NCBI GenBank assembly: GCA_004293655.1 | Contig: RDZZ01000043.1 | Coordinates: 10,235 to 74,234 of the forward strand | Direction: 5' to 3' | DNA length: 64,000 bases | DNA from: Polaromonas sp. | Lineage (GTDB): Bacteria > Pseudomonadota > Gammaproteobacteria > Burkholderiales > Burkholderiaceae_C | The notes under the pieces: generated by a model | The model's input: only the letters and a program-made list of their open reading frames with translations | Told to the model about the DNA's origin: nothing | The model's database searches: none | Program-made: the position numbers and the translations under genes | Part shown: in pieces, positions 1-8,836 of the stretch | Numbering within the stretch: the stretch's first letter is position 1 | Layout: the number at the start of each line of letters is the position of its first letter

Positions 1-3
1 ACG

Positions 4-645
4 TTGACGCCCAGTGGCATGCAAGTTGCGCTGCAGCGCCGTGTAAAAGAACCTTTCGCGGGTGTATCGGCGTTACCTGGCGGGTATGTACGTCCAGAAT
101 TGGATGCCAATACTCACGAAACCGCCGTCAGGGTGTTGAGGGCGAAAACCGGCATCGCGTCGGCGCACCTCGAGCAGCTGGTGTCCGAGTCGAGTCCAGA
201 TCGAGATCCCCGCGGCTGGTCGCTTTCTGTGGTGTATCTGGCGCTGGTGCCTTTGGATAAGCTGATGGCTCAGGGTTCAAAAGGGCTGGAGCTGTGCAGT
301 GCCGATGCGCTCCCCGCGTTGGCATTTGATCATGCCCAATTGATTGCCAAAGCGTTAGAGCGGCTGCGCAACAAGGCCGCCTATTCAACGCTGCCATTGG
401 GCTTGATGCCTGACACTTTTACCCTGGCACAGTTGCAAAAAACTTATGAGCAGGTGATGGGTGTGACGCTCAACAAGTCAACTTTTCGCGCACGGATGGC
501 TCCTTTGATTTTGGAGCCTGGACAAGCGGCGCCAGCACACCCCGCGCTCTACCCAACAGGCGACATGCAGGACGGTGTGCATCGCCCAGCGCGCCTGTTT
601 CGCAAGTCCATGGTGCTCAATATTTTTGAAAGCCCGTTGAAATAA
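4..645 (+). CDS. nrtR: NrtR-family Nudix-related transcriptional regulator (probably 5'-truncated by the window edge)
   Basis: Nudix-fold N-terminus (ALPGGYV...EQL...DRDPRGWSLSVVY...LAFDH) with the catalytic glutamates of the Nudix box lost (RVLRAKTG), followed by a wHTH (FTLAQLQKTYEQVMG...FR...HRPARLF). Confidence 0.8.
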   Translation: MTPSGMQVALQRRVKEPFAGVSALPGGYVRPELDANTHETAVRVLRAKTGIASAHLEQLVSESSPDRDPRGWSLSVVYLALVPLDKLMAQGSKGLELCSADALPALAFDHAQLIAKALERLRNKAAYSTLPLGLMPDTFTLAQLQKTYEQVMGVTLNKSTFRARMAPLILEPGQAAPAHPALYPTGDMQDGVHRPARLFRKSMVLNIFESPLK

Positions 646-658
646 AGGAGGCACTTTT

Positions 659-710
659 GCTTTTGTTTAGATAGTTGCTCGTGCTCTTGTTGTTTGGGCA
701 AGAACCAGAG
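659..710. repeat. Degenerate copy of dispersed GCT-N11-AGC repeat
   Basis: gcttttgtttagatagt followed by tgctcgtgctcttgttgtttgggcaagaacc resembles the copies at 15448 and 31556; lies between convergent genes. Confidence 0.5.
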
Positions 711-733
711 CGGTACGCAGAGTTGCTCAAAAA

Positions 734-2404
734 TCACATCTTCGCCTGAAACACCAGCCCGGCATGCTCACGCAGCGCATGAAACCTGATTTTTGGCCAC
801 TGCTGTTCCACGGCCCGCAGTGTCGCGCTGTGGTCCACCAGCAGGGTAGGGGCATCGACGGCGTCCAGTGCCACGCGGTGCGCGTTCGCATCCATGAATT
901 TTTTAAGCTCGTTCGGGTCTTCGCAGGTCACCCAGCGGGCCAGGTTGAAACTGCTTTGCATGATGCGGGCTTTCACCCCGTACTCATGCTCCAGCCGGTG
1001 GGCGACCACTTCAAACTGCAGCTGCCCCACCGCACCGAGCAGCAGCAGCGAGCCCGCAATTGGCCTGAACACCTGAATCGCACCTTCTTCGCCAAGTTGC
1101 GTCAGGCCAGCGCGCAGTTGCTTGGTGCGCAGTGGGTCAGCCACTTCAACCGCACGGAACATCTCGGGCGCAAAAAAAGGCAGGCCGGTGAACTGCAGCG
1201 CTTCGCCTTCGGTCAGTGTGTCGCCCAGCTGCAGCACGCCGTGGTTGGGAATACCGATGATGTCGCCGGCAAAGGCGGTGTCGAGCAACTCGCGGCGCTG
1301 GCTCATGAAGCTCACCACGGTGTTGGGCCGCAGTTCCTTGCCGCTGCGCACCACCTTCAGGCGCATGCCGCGTGTGAACTCGCCGCTGGCAACACGCAAG
1401 AACGCGATGCGGTCGCGGTGGGCAGGGTCCATGTTGGCCTGGATTTTGAAGACCACGCCCGAGAATTTTTTCTCTTGGGGGTACACCACGCGCTGCATGG
1501 CTGTGCGGTCGCCTGGTGCCGGGGCCAGGTCAACCAGTGCGTCCAGCACCTCTTGCACGCCAAAGTTGTTGATGGCTGAGCCAAAAAACATGGGTGTCTG
1601 CTTGCCCGCCAAAAACAGCGCGCGGTCAAATTCAGGCGTGGCCCCGGCGACCAGTTCAATCTCGCCCTGGGCTTGGGCGTACTCGGCCCCAAAACGTTTG
1701 GCGGCCTCGGTGTTGTCCAGCCCGGCCAGAATCTCGTCGTCACCCCCGGCTTTTTCCTCGCCAGGGCTGAACACGCGCATGCGGTCTTCACGCCGGTCGT
1801 ACACGCCGTGAAACAGCTTGCCCATGCCCACAGGCCAAGTGAACGGCACCACAGCCATGCCGAGTTCGCGTTCAATCTCGTCCATCACGCTCATCGGGTC
1901 TTGCACCTCGCGGTCCATCTTGTTGACAAACGTCAAAATCGGCGTGCCGCGCGCACGGCAGACCTGCAACAGGCGGCGGGTTTGCGGCTCGACGCCGTTG
2001 GCCGCGTCAATCACCATCAGGGCGGCATCGACGGCGGTGAGCACGCGGTAGGTGTCTTCAGAAAAGTCCTGGTGACCGGGCGTATCTAACAGGTTGATGA
2101 CGCAGTCGCGGTATTCCATCTGCATGACGGACGAGGCGACAGAAATGCCGCGCTGCTTTTCAATTTCCATCCAGTCTGACGTGGCGTGGCGGGCCGCCTT
2201 GCGCGCCTTGACGCTGCCGGCAATCTGGATCGCACCTGAAAACAGCAGCAGCTTTTCAGTCAGCGTGGTCTTGCCCGCGTCGGGGTGGGAGATGATGGCA
2301 AAGGTGCGGCGGCGTTTGACTTGTTTTTCGATGTTGCTAAAGGCGTGGCTGGCAGGTGATACGGCAATGGCAGGAGGCGTGATTTGTGAGGTAGCTTGTG
2401 ACAT
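734..2404 (-). CDS. prfC: Peptide chain release factor 3
   Basis: RRRTFAIISHPDAGKTTLTEKLLL, DWMEIEKQRGISV, DTPGHQDFSEDTYR, NKMD motifs. Confidence 0.98.
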   Translation of the reverse strand: MSQATSQITPPAIAVSPASHAFSNIEKQVKRRRTFAIISHPDAGKTTLTEKLLLFSGAIQIAGSVKARKAARHATSDWMEIEKQRGISVASSVMQMEYRDCVINLLDTPGHQDFSEDTYRVLTAVDAALMVIDAANGVEPQTRRLLQVCRARGTPILTFVNKMDREVQDPMSVMDEIERELGMAVVPFTWPVGMGKLFHGVYDRREDRMRVFSPGEEKAGGDDEILAGLDNTEAAKRFGAEYAQAQGEIELVAGATPEFDRALFLAGKQTPMFFGSAINNFGVQEVLDALVDLAPAPGDRTAMQRVVYPQEKKFSGVVFKIQANMDPAHRDRIAFLRVASGEFTRGMRLKVVRSGKELRPNTVVSFMSQRRELLDTAFAGDIIGIPNHGVLQLGDTLTEGEALQFTGLPFFAPEMFRAVEVADPLRTKQLRAGLTQLGEEGAIQVFRPIAGSLLLLGAVGQLQFEVVAHRLEHEYGVKARIMQSSFNLARWVTCEDPNELKKFMDANAHRVALDAVDAPTLLVDHSATLRAVEQQWPKIRFHALREHAGLVFQAKM

Positions 2405-2433
2405 AGCGCAAGATTATCGGTGACCACACCGTT

Positions 2434-2670
2434 TTAGCCCGCCTGCCGGGTAAAACGCGGCTGGCTCACCCCATCAATGACCACCGCTTCATGGAACATC
2501 GCCGCCGGGCGAACCCACAGGCCGCGCTCGCCATACAAGGCGCGGTAGAGTGTCATCGGCTCCAGGCTCTCGCTGTGGCGCACAGTGCCCACCACCTCGT
2601 AGAGCATTCCTTTGTAGTGCCTGTACAAGCCAGGCGGCGTTTCAATCAGCGCAGGAAGGTCGTGCGTCAT
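2434..2670 (-). CDS. DUF1653 domain protein
   Basis: PGLYRHYKG.LYEV.G...HSE.LE...LYRALYGE.GLWVRP..MF...RF signature; start moved to MTHDLP at 2670 so that it does not overlap the upstream gene. Confidence 0.85.
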   Translation of the reverse strand: MTHDLPALIETPPGLYRHYKGMLYEVVGTVRHSESLEPMTLYRALYGERGLWVRPAAMFHEAVVIDGVSQPRFTRQAG

Positions 2671-2714
2671 GGCTGTCAGGAGAGGTGAAGCATGAGCCTG
2701 AACCCCCCTTGTGC

Positions 2715-3866
2715 TCACTTGCACAGCCCAGTCACCCGATCTTGCGGCCTGCAGGTGCTGGGTGCAGGCAGCTGGCCTGAACTGCTTGAAACACCCCCGG
2801 CTGCGGTTTTCTGGCTTTTCTGGCAATTGGCCAATTGTTCACTCGACCTGTCAGAGTATTTCCAGCCAGCGGCCAGTGCAGGCAGGCTCTGGCCAGGCTG
2901 CCACGTCAGGTCTTTCCATTTGCTGTGACCTTTTTCTTGTAACACCGCAAACTTGCTGCACAACTGAGCAGAGAAATCTTTGACAAAGTCGTTGCGTTTC
3001 GGGTCAGCAAAGTTGGCCGTGATCAGGTATGAATTGACCGCCAGTGAAGCAGACTCATTGCCTGCAATGTTGAGCAGCGGATAGCTGGCTTTTTTGATGT
3101 CGGCTTTTTGGTAGTCCTGCAAGATTTTGGCCGAGGCAGAATGGGCCGGGTCAAATTTAAGCAGCTTGAGGTTGCCAGGCATGTTCTGCTCCAGCAGCTT
3201 GAGTGGTTGCCCGCCCACCAGCACCAGCACGTCAATCTTGGGGTAAGCCTTGTAGAAAGCCGGATCGCTCAGGGCCATGATGGCCGAACGGCGGCGGCGG
3301 GTACCCTCGTCCTCACCCGTGGCTGTGGGGTTGACGAAAGGCTCGACGCTTTTGGGCCGTTCCTGGAACAGTTTGCTGTAAATGTTCAGTGCCGTCAGGT
3401 AAGTGCCGCTTTTTTCAGCATCCATCCAGATGGCTTTGTCCTTGATCTGGTGAATGAACTCGATGGGGTCGTCTTTGCGCACCAAAAAGTGAATCTCTTC
3501 TTTGTACAGCGGCATGACCACGCGCAAATTGGCCAGCAGCCGGGCGTATTCGCTGCGCGTGGCCTGTGGCACGTCACTGGCGTCACGCAGTTGCACAAAG
3601 GCGGCGTACACATCGGACTGGACAATGGCCAGGCTGACCCCCTTGGTCTGGCTCATGTCTTCTACATTGGCCCACGAGCCTTTGGAGTCTTTGACCTCCA
3701 GAGCCGGGTACACGAAGTCTTTGAGGTTGTTGCCAATGGCAAAGTAGGTGCCGGTTTTACCGCCTGTGACGATGCTTTCAGCACCAGCTGCCAGCGACAA
3801 GGCTGCAAGACACAGCCCAGCGAGCAGGCACGAGGCTTTGCGGCCAGTAGGATAAAACGGGTTCAT
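2715..3866 (-). CDS. TAXI-family (TRAP-associated) periplasmic solute-binding-like protein with C-terminal C-x7-GLC tail
   Basis: Signal peptide ending AGA; TGGKTGTYFAIG, GSWANV, LAIVQSDV, PLYKEEIHFLVR, SGTYLTA, IDVLVLVGGQP motifs; RBS acaggagt upstream of ATG 3866. Confidence 0.8.
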   Translation of the reverse strand: MNPFYPTGRKASCLLAGLCLAALSLAAGAESIVTGGKTGTYFAIGNNLKDFVYPALEVKDSKGSWANVEDMSQTKGVSLAIVQSDVYAAFVQLRDASDVPQATRSEYARLLANLRVVMPLYKEEIHFLVRKDDPIEFIHQIKDKAIWMDAEKSGTYLTALNIYSKLFQERPKSVEPFVNPTATGEDEGTRRRRSAIMALSDPAFYKAYPKIDVLVLVGGQPLKLLEQNMPGNLKLLKFDPAHSASAKILQDYQKADIKKASYPLLNIAGNESASLAVNSYLITANFADPKRNDFVKDFSAQLCSKFAVLQEKGHSKWKDLTWQPGQSLPALAAGWKYSDRSSEQLANCQKSQKTAAGGVSSSSGQLPAPSTCRPQDRVTGLCK

Positions 3867-3921
3867 GGCGTGACTCCTGTCATTCAAGCGGGTTGTAAGG
3901 CGTGGAAAATGGAACGACTCG

Positions 3922-4335
3922 CTACGGCTTGGCGCGGCAAAGTCCGGCTTGGGCATCTGCGTCAGAACAATTGCCAGACAGCGGTGGCTGCAGTGCGTCC
4001 TCTGGCTTGGCTACAGACCCAGCAGCGGGTGGCGACGCAGTAACTGCAGGCACAGGCGCGTTCGGCGCGGCGGCGGTTTTTTTACCAGCAAACAACGACC
4101 AGGCAACGCCTGTCGCTGCCAATAGAACCACCAGCAGCAGCCCGCCCACGACCAGGGCTTTGGCGTTGCCACCAGCGGCACCGGCATCGGTCAGCAGCAG
4201 CGACTTACCACACTCGGTACACACAAAGTCCAGCCCGGCGGGCACCTCGACTGTTTTGCGGGCATCGGCCAGCGAGCAGTTTCCAAAGTTGGAACATTTG
4301 CCTGATTTAACAGCCAGGCCACCGACTAAAGCCAT
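3922..4335 (-). CDS. Small single-pass membrane protein: N-terminal Zn-ribbon-like C-x5-C-x18-C-x2-C, TM helix, Pro/Ala linker, C-x7-GLC tail
   Basis: KCSNFGNC...FVCTECGK; hydrophobic LVVGGLLLVVLLAATGVAWSLF; RBS acaggagt upstream of ATG 4335; 28 nt downstream of the tubulin-like gene stop. Confidence 0.8.
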   Translation of the reverse strand: MALVGGLAVKSGKCSNFGNCSLADARKTVEVPAGLDFVCTECGKSLLLTDAGAAGGNAKALVVGGLLLVVLLAATGVAWSLFAGKKTAAAPNAPVPAVTASPPAAGSVAKPEDALQPPLSGNCSDADAQAGLCRAKP

Positions 4336-4363
4336 AAAGACACTCCTGTTTGAGATGGGGGGT

Positions 4364-7300
4364 TCAAGCTGCACCGCGCAAAATGGTCACTGCACGCTTT
4401 CCGGCATCGAGAAAACGGCGGTAAGTCTCATCCTGAATATTGCCACCGCGCAATGCCTTGACGGCCTCGACTTCTGCGAGGATAGCGCGTTGCACTTCAG
4501 CGCGGCGGTCCTGGTGCAAGTAAGCGCTGCTGCCCAGCAGGCCACTGCAAACGGTCTTGATGGTGTGCAGGTTGTCCAGGTCCAGGCTGTCCGCGCTGGC
4601 CACAAAATTGCTGCCCAGCACCACCGGTGCGTTGTCAAAGCCGTCAGCATCTTTGGTCAGCAGCAGCACTTCGTCGGCGCCTGTGGCCGGGTTGCGGCCT
4701 TCATGAATCAGGCCCAGCGCCTTGGCCAGCAACACATAGGGCAGTGCTTCGTGTTTGACCTCGGCACTCGACGCCACAAACAGGCGCGGCCAGATGCTGC
4801 CATCGCCCTCGGTGTGCAGCTCCAGCCGGGCGCGCGCACCGCCTGTATCGATACGGCGGCGGTATTTTTCTTCCAGAAACTTCAGCGGTTTGAGGTATCG
4901 CAGCGGAAACAGGTTGGTGATGGACACCAGCGTGATCTCATTGGGCCGCACATCCGACTCGATGATTTCCACATCACCGGTTTTGGCTCCGCGCAAGGCT
5001 TCTTTGAGCATGTTTGAAAACTCTGTTTGCTCGGGCGCTCTGGGCAAAATGACGGTGAACTTGCTCACCGCTGTGGGCACACTCGCAGGGATGCCGGGTG
5101 CGGCGCGGTGGATTTCCAGCGGCTCCAGTGCCACAAAGTTTCCTGCTCTCGTGACCAGCTCACTCGCATAGCTTTTCAGCTCTTGCGGGCTGGCACCGTA
5201 ACGCGCCTGCAGTTTGTCAATAATGGACACCCCCAGCAGGCGCTCTTTGGGGTTTTGCACCAGGTTCTGATGGGCAATGCGCACATTGTCTTCACACACG
5301 GTTTCCAGTACATCCAGAAAAGTCGATTCAGACACCCGCTGGTTAAAACGCGCAAAACTCAGGTCTGGGCCGACTTTCTCAACCAGTGCAGCCCGCACGC
5401 GACTGGTCTGGGTTTTTTGCTCAGCCTCATCCATGACCAAGCGGCGACCGATGGCCTTGACCTGACTGGGGTCATAAAACCGTATCAGGTGCTGGCGCAT
5501 GTCGCCGCCACCGGCATCCGTCAGCCGGGCATGGATTGCGACTTCAAACTTCTTGAGCGCCTGCTGCAGTGTGTTGGCCGTGCGATCTACCTCACCCTTC
5601 AGGTCAGTGACTTCAGCAATGATTTCGATCAGCAGCGACTTGGCAAAGCCCCAGCCTTCGGCGCGGGTGCGGTACACGTACATTTCCTGCAAAAACACGC
5701 CGTGGGCATCCAGCAGACTGTCAGGCGTGCCCAGCACATGGCGTGAGAGCAGCCCCATACCAGCCCATTTCTGCGCGTTGCCAAGCACCCGCGACTGGGC
5801 CTGCTCTTCGGCGCTACGGGCACGCGACACCTGCTCGTCGCAGGCTTTCAAGCGCTCGTCCAGCGACTCCAGCAGCGCAATCAGCAGGCGTGACACGTCC
5901 CATGCCGATTTCATGCCGACTTGCCATTCATTGACCAGCTCCAACTCAATACGCGAGCGGATCTCTCGCGCCATGTCTTTGGCCGCTTTGAGTTTGGTGC
6001 GGTAAAACCCGGCCACGCCCAGCGTGCGATAGTCGTCCTGGTAACGCTTTTCACACAGTTTGGTCAACTCGTCCAACCAGGTGGCGCGCTCACGTTCGCG
6101 CACCAGCAACTTGAAGTTGGGAATCACCGCCTCCCACTCGCCAGTAAAAGATTTCCATTTTTTATTGGTCACATCCTCGGGAAGAATGCCCAGCGCCAGG
6201 CTCAGGTGGTCGTCTGACAGCAGCCAACGCAGCTGGGTTTCTTTTTGCTGCACAAACTCATGAAAGTCCAGCTTGCGCGGCTCGTCGATAAAGCCTGATG
6301 CTGCCTGCCAGTGGTTAAAACGCAGTTGCAGCGCCGCTTGGCGCGCAAAACTGTACGTCAAATACTCGCTGATTTCTTCTTCAGGAATCGCCAGGCGCTT
6401 GATACCAAACGCCAAAAACCGTTTGGAGCGCTCGGGCGTGCGGCCCTGCGGTGCAGTCTCGGGTGAACCGTCGCCGTTTTCGGCGTTCTCCATGCGTCCG
6501 AGCGACGCCCAGTTGACGTTGTTGACCGCCACAATCTTCTGGTACAGAAAATCCGCCACGATGCCGGGCAAGTCCTTGTCAACATCGACCGTCAGGCCGT
6601 TTTCATTTTCATTGCCGAACACAAAGCAGCCATTGAAAGGATCGTTCAGGCTCAGGCGCTCCTTGACGCCCGTCACGTCGTACGGCTGATATGCACCCAC
6701 TGACATGGCGTTGAGTTCCGTCAGCGCAGCAAAGCCGTTGGCGTGGTAGTTGCCGGTGTCCCAGTTCGGGTGCGGGTAAGCATCTGGCAGCAGGGCGTAA
6801 ATCAGGATGCGAAAGCGTTTGGAGTCAGGGTACAGGTCACGCAGCTGGGCCACTGCATCAATCACGCTGCCACTGCCGGTGCCGCCTGCCAACCCGACAA
6901 CGATGTGAAACGTCACTTCTGTCTCGCCGCTTTGCTGCAGCTGTTTGACCTGGGTTTGCACCTGTTCGCGGTAATTGCCCACCTTGCAGGCAAACAAAAA
7001 ACGGCCCAGCCGGCGTTTTTGCCCGCCCAATGTGGCACCCACAATGCTGTTGAGGATGTCGCGCCAGTCCTGGGGGCTGCCCAGCCAGTGCTTCAAGCCG
7101 GGGTAGCTCGCCAGGTTGTCCAGCCGCGAGCCCAGGTTGGCATCGGTGATCAACAGTTGGCTGGCCTTGGGCAATTGCACCGACGTGCCCAATATTTTCC
7201 AGCTTGGGTCATCAATAGACATCATCTCGCTGGACGAATCAACATACAGGTAGCCAATGTCTGCGCCACTGGATTTGCTGTTGTGAAACTCCTGGTACAA

Positions 7301-7366
7301 ACTCTTGCGCAATGCACGGATGATTTTGCCACCCGTGCCGCCCAATCCGATGACAAAGTGATTCAT
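4364..7366 (-). CDS. Tubulin/FtsZ-like GTPase (Tubulin_2 / FtsZl1-type) with long alpha-helical C-terminal region, 1000 aa
   Basis: N-terminal VIGLGGTGG (T1 loop), YVDS, GGQKRRLGR, tubulin signature GLAGGTGSG, ANGFAALTEL; about 650 aa of helical or coiled-coil-like sequence follows. Confidence 0.88.
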   Translation of the reverse strand: MNHFVIGLGGTGGKIIRALRKSLYQEFHNSKSSGADIGYLYVDSSSEMMSIDDPSWKILGTSVQLPKASQLLITDANLGSRLDNLASYPGLKHWLGSPQDWRDILNSIVGATLGGQKRRLGRFLFACKVGNYREQVQTQVKQLQQSGETEVTFHIVVGLAGGTGSGSVIDAVAQLRDLYPDSKRFRILIYALLPDAYPHPNWDTGNYHANGFAALTELNAMSVGAYQPYDVTGVKERLSLNDPFNGCFVFGNENENGLTVDVDKDLPGIVADFLYQKIVAVNNVNWASLGRMENAENGDGSPETAPQGRTPERSKRFLAFGIKRLAIPEEEISEYLTYSFARQAALQLRFNHWQAASGFIDEPRKLDFHEFVQQKETQLRWLLSDDHLSLALGILPEDVTNKKWKSFTGEWEAVIPNFKLLVRERERATWLDELTKLCEKRYQDDYRTLGVAGFYRTKLKAAKDMAREIRSRIELELVNEWQVGMKSAWDVSRLLIALLESLDERLKACDEQVSRARSAEEQAQSRVLGNAQKWAGMGLLSRHVLGTPDSLLDAHGVFLQEMYVYRTRAEGWGFAKSLLIEIIAEVTDLKGEVDRTANTLQQALKKFEVAIHARLTDAGGGDMRQHLIRFYDPSQVKAIGRRLVMDEAEQKTQTSRVRAALVEKVGPDLSFARFNQRVSESTFLDVLETVCEDNVRIAHQNLVQNPKERLLGVSIIDKLQARYGASPQELKSYASELVTRAGNFVALEPLEIHRAAPGIPASVPTAVSKFTVILPRAPEQTEFSNMLKEALRGAKTGDVEIIESDVRPNEITLVSITNLFPLRYLKPLKFLEEKYRRRIDTGGARARLELHTEGDGSIWPRLFVASSAEVKHEALPYVLLAKALGLIHEGRNPATGADEVLLLTKDADGFDNAPVVLGSNFVASADSLDLDNLHTIKTVCSGLLGSSAYLHQDRRAEVQRAILAEVEAVKALRGGNIQDETYRRFLDAGKRAVTILRGAA

Positions 7367-7579
7367 CTCAAAAAATCCTTATGAATGCATGCAGATGGGG
7401 CGTTGCCACCGACCTGATAAATGAATAATTGTGCGTTAAATCTTCAACTCTTCAGTATGGCCCGTGTGGTCTGCGTAAAAACTGCTGGGACAACGCTCGG
7501 AAAAGTTTCTGTTGAAGGTTTTTCCGCAAGTCTGGGAGCTAAATGGACTGTTGAGTTGGGCAGTGGGACAATAGAGCCC

Positions 7580-8836
7580 ATGCATCCTAAAGCCTTACTC
7601 GACAGCTGCTCCGAACTTCTCAAGCAGGTTCTTAAATTTGACCACCCCGCCGACATGGTGTTGTCGCGCCACTTTCGTGAATTGCGCCTGGGGCCGCGTG
7701 AGCGTGCCACACTGGCTGAAACCATCTACGGCGTGTTGCGCAAAAAAAATCTCTATGCCTACTTGGCCCAACACGGCAGTGGTGCGCCTGAGCGCCGTCT
7801 GGCTATTTTAGGCTTTGCCGCTGACCGTGAATTTCTGAAAAGTGCCCTGACAGACCAGGAAATCGACTGGCTAAGCCGCTGTGACCGCGTCAAGCCTGAA
7901 GATCTGATGGAGCTACACCGTCACAACTTGCCCAACTGGCTGGTGGAGCCGCTCAAAGTGCAGTTGGGTGACGACTTCTGGCCACTGGTTGAAAGTCTCA
8001 ATGCCCCGGCGGGCCTTGATTTACGCGTCAATACTTTTAAAGACAAGCGCGCTGACATCCAGAAAGAGCTGGCCAAAGCCGGGCTAAAAACTGTGGCCAC
8101 ACCTTATTCGCCCTGGGGCCTGCGCCTGGCTGACAAATCGCAGCTGGGCAAGCTCGATGCCTTCACGCGCGGCGCGATTGAGGTGCAGGACGAAGGCTCG
8201 CAGTTGCTGGCCCTGCTGGTCGATGCCAGGCGCGGCGAGATGGTGGTGGACTTTTGCGCGGGTGCGGGTGGTAAAACGCTGGCGCTGGGCGCCACCATGC
8301 GCAGTACCGGGCGTTTGTATGCGTTCGACACGTCAGGCCATCGCCTAGAAGCGCTCAAGCCGCGTCTGGCTCGCAGTGGCTTGTCCAACGTTCACCCGGT
8401 TGCGATTGCACATGAGCGGGATGACCGCATCAAGCGGCTGGCAGGCAAGATCGACCGCGTGCTGGTTGATTCGCCGTGTTCAGGTCTGGGCACCCTGCGG
8501 CGCAACCCAGACCTGAAATGGCGGCAGAACCCCAAGGCGGTTCAAGAGCTGGTGGCCAAGCAAACGGCCATTTTGCAAAGCGCTGCGCGGCTGCTCAAGC
8601 CTGGCGGGCGTCTGGTGTACGCCACCTGCAGCATTTTGCGTGAGGAAAATGAAGCGATTGCCGAAGCTTTTGCTGTGACTCATCAAGAGTTCAGCGCGCT
8701 TGAAGCCGGGCCGTTATTGACCCATCTGGGCGTGGAAAACGCAGGCGCTTTATGCAGTGGCTCCTACCTTCGCTTGTGGCCCCATCTCCACCAAACAGAT
8801 GGTTTTTTTGCAGCAGTCTGGCAAAAATCGATGTAA
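7580..8836 (+). CDS. RsmB/NOP (Sun/Fmu) family RNA m5C methyltransferase
   Basis: EVQDEGSQ, DFCAGAGGKT, DSPCSGLG and YATCS catalytic motifs; start moved to MHPKALL. Confidence 0.92.
   Translation: MHPKALLDSCSELLKQVLKFDHPADMVLSRHFRELRLGPRERATLAETIYGVLRKKNLYAYLAQHGSGAPERRLAILGFAADREFLKSALTDQEIDWLSRCDRVKPEDLMELHRHNLPNWLVEPLKVQLGDDFWPLVESLNAPAGLDLRVNTFKDKRADIQKELAKAGLKTVATPYSPWGLRLADKSQLGKLDAFTRGAIEVQDEGSQLLALLVDARRGEMVVDFCAGAGGKTLALGATMRSTGRLYAFDTSGHRLEALKPRLARSGLSNVHPVAIAHERDDRIKRLAGKIDRVLVDSPCSGLGTLRRNPDLKWRQNPKAVQELVAKQTAILQSAARLLKPGGRLVYATCSILREENEAIAEAFAVTHQEFSALEAGPLLTHLGVENAGALCSGSYLRLWPHLHQTDGFFAAVWQKSM

Noticed and set aside
764-2423. Long antisense and alternative-frame ORFs over prfC (similar ones overlie the tubulin-like gene, nas, nuo and liv genes)
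   Set aside because: They are shadow ORFs expected in GC-rich coding DNA, with no motifs or RBS
7400-7445. AT-rich stretch ending in gttaaat that resembles a XerD arm (dif)
   Set aside because: No XerC arm or correct 28-bp layout; more likely promoter DNA of the divergent genes
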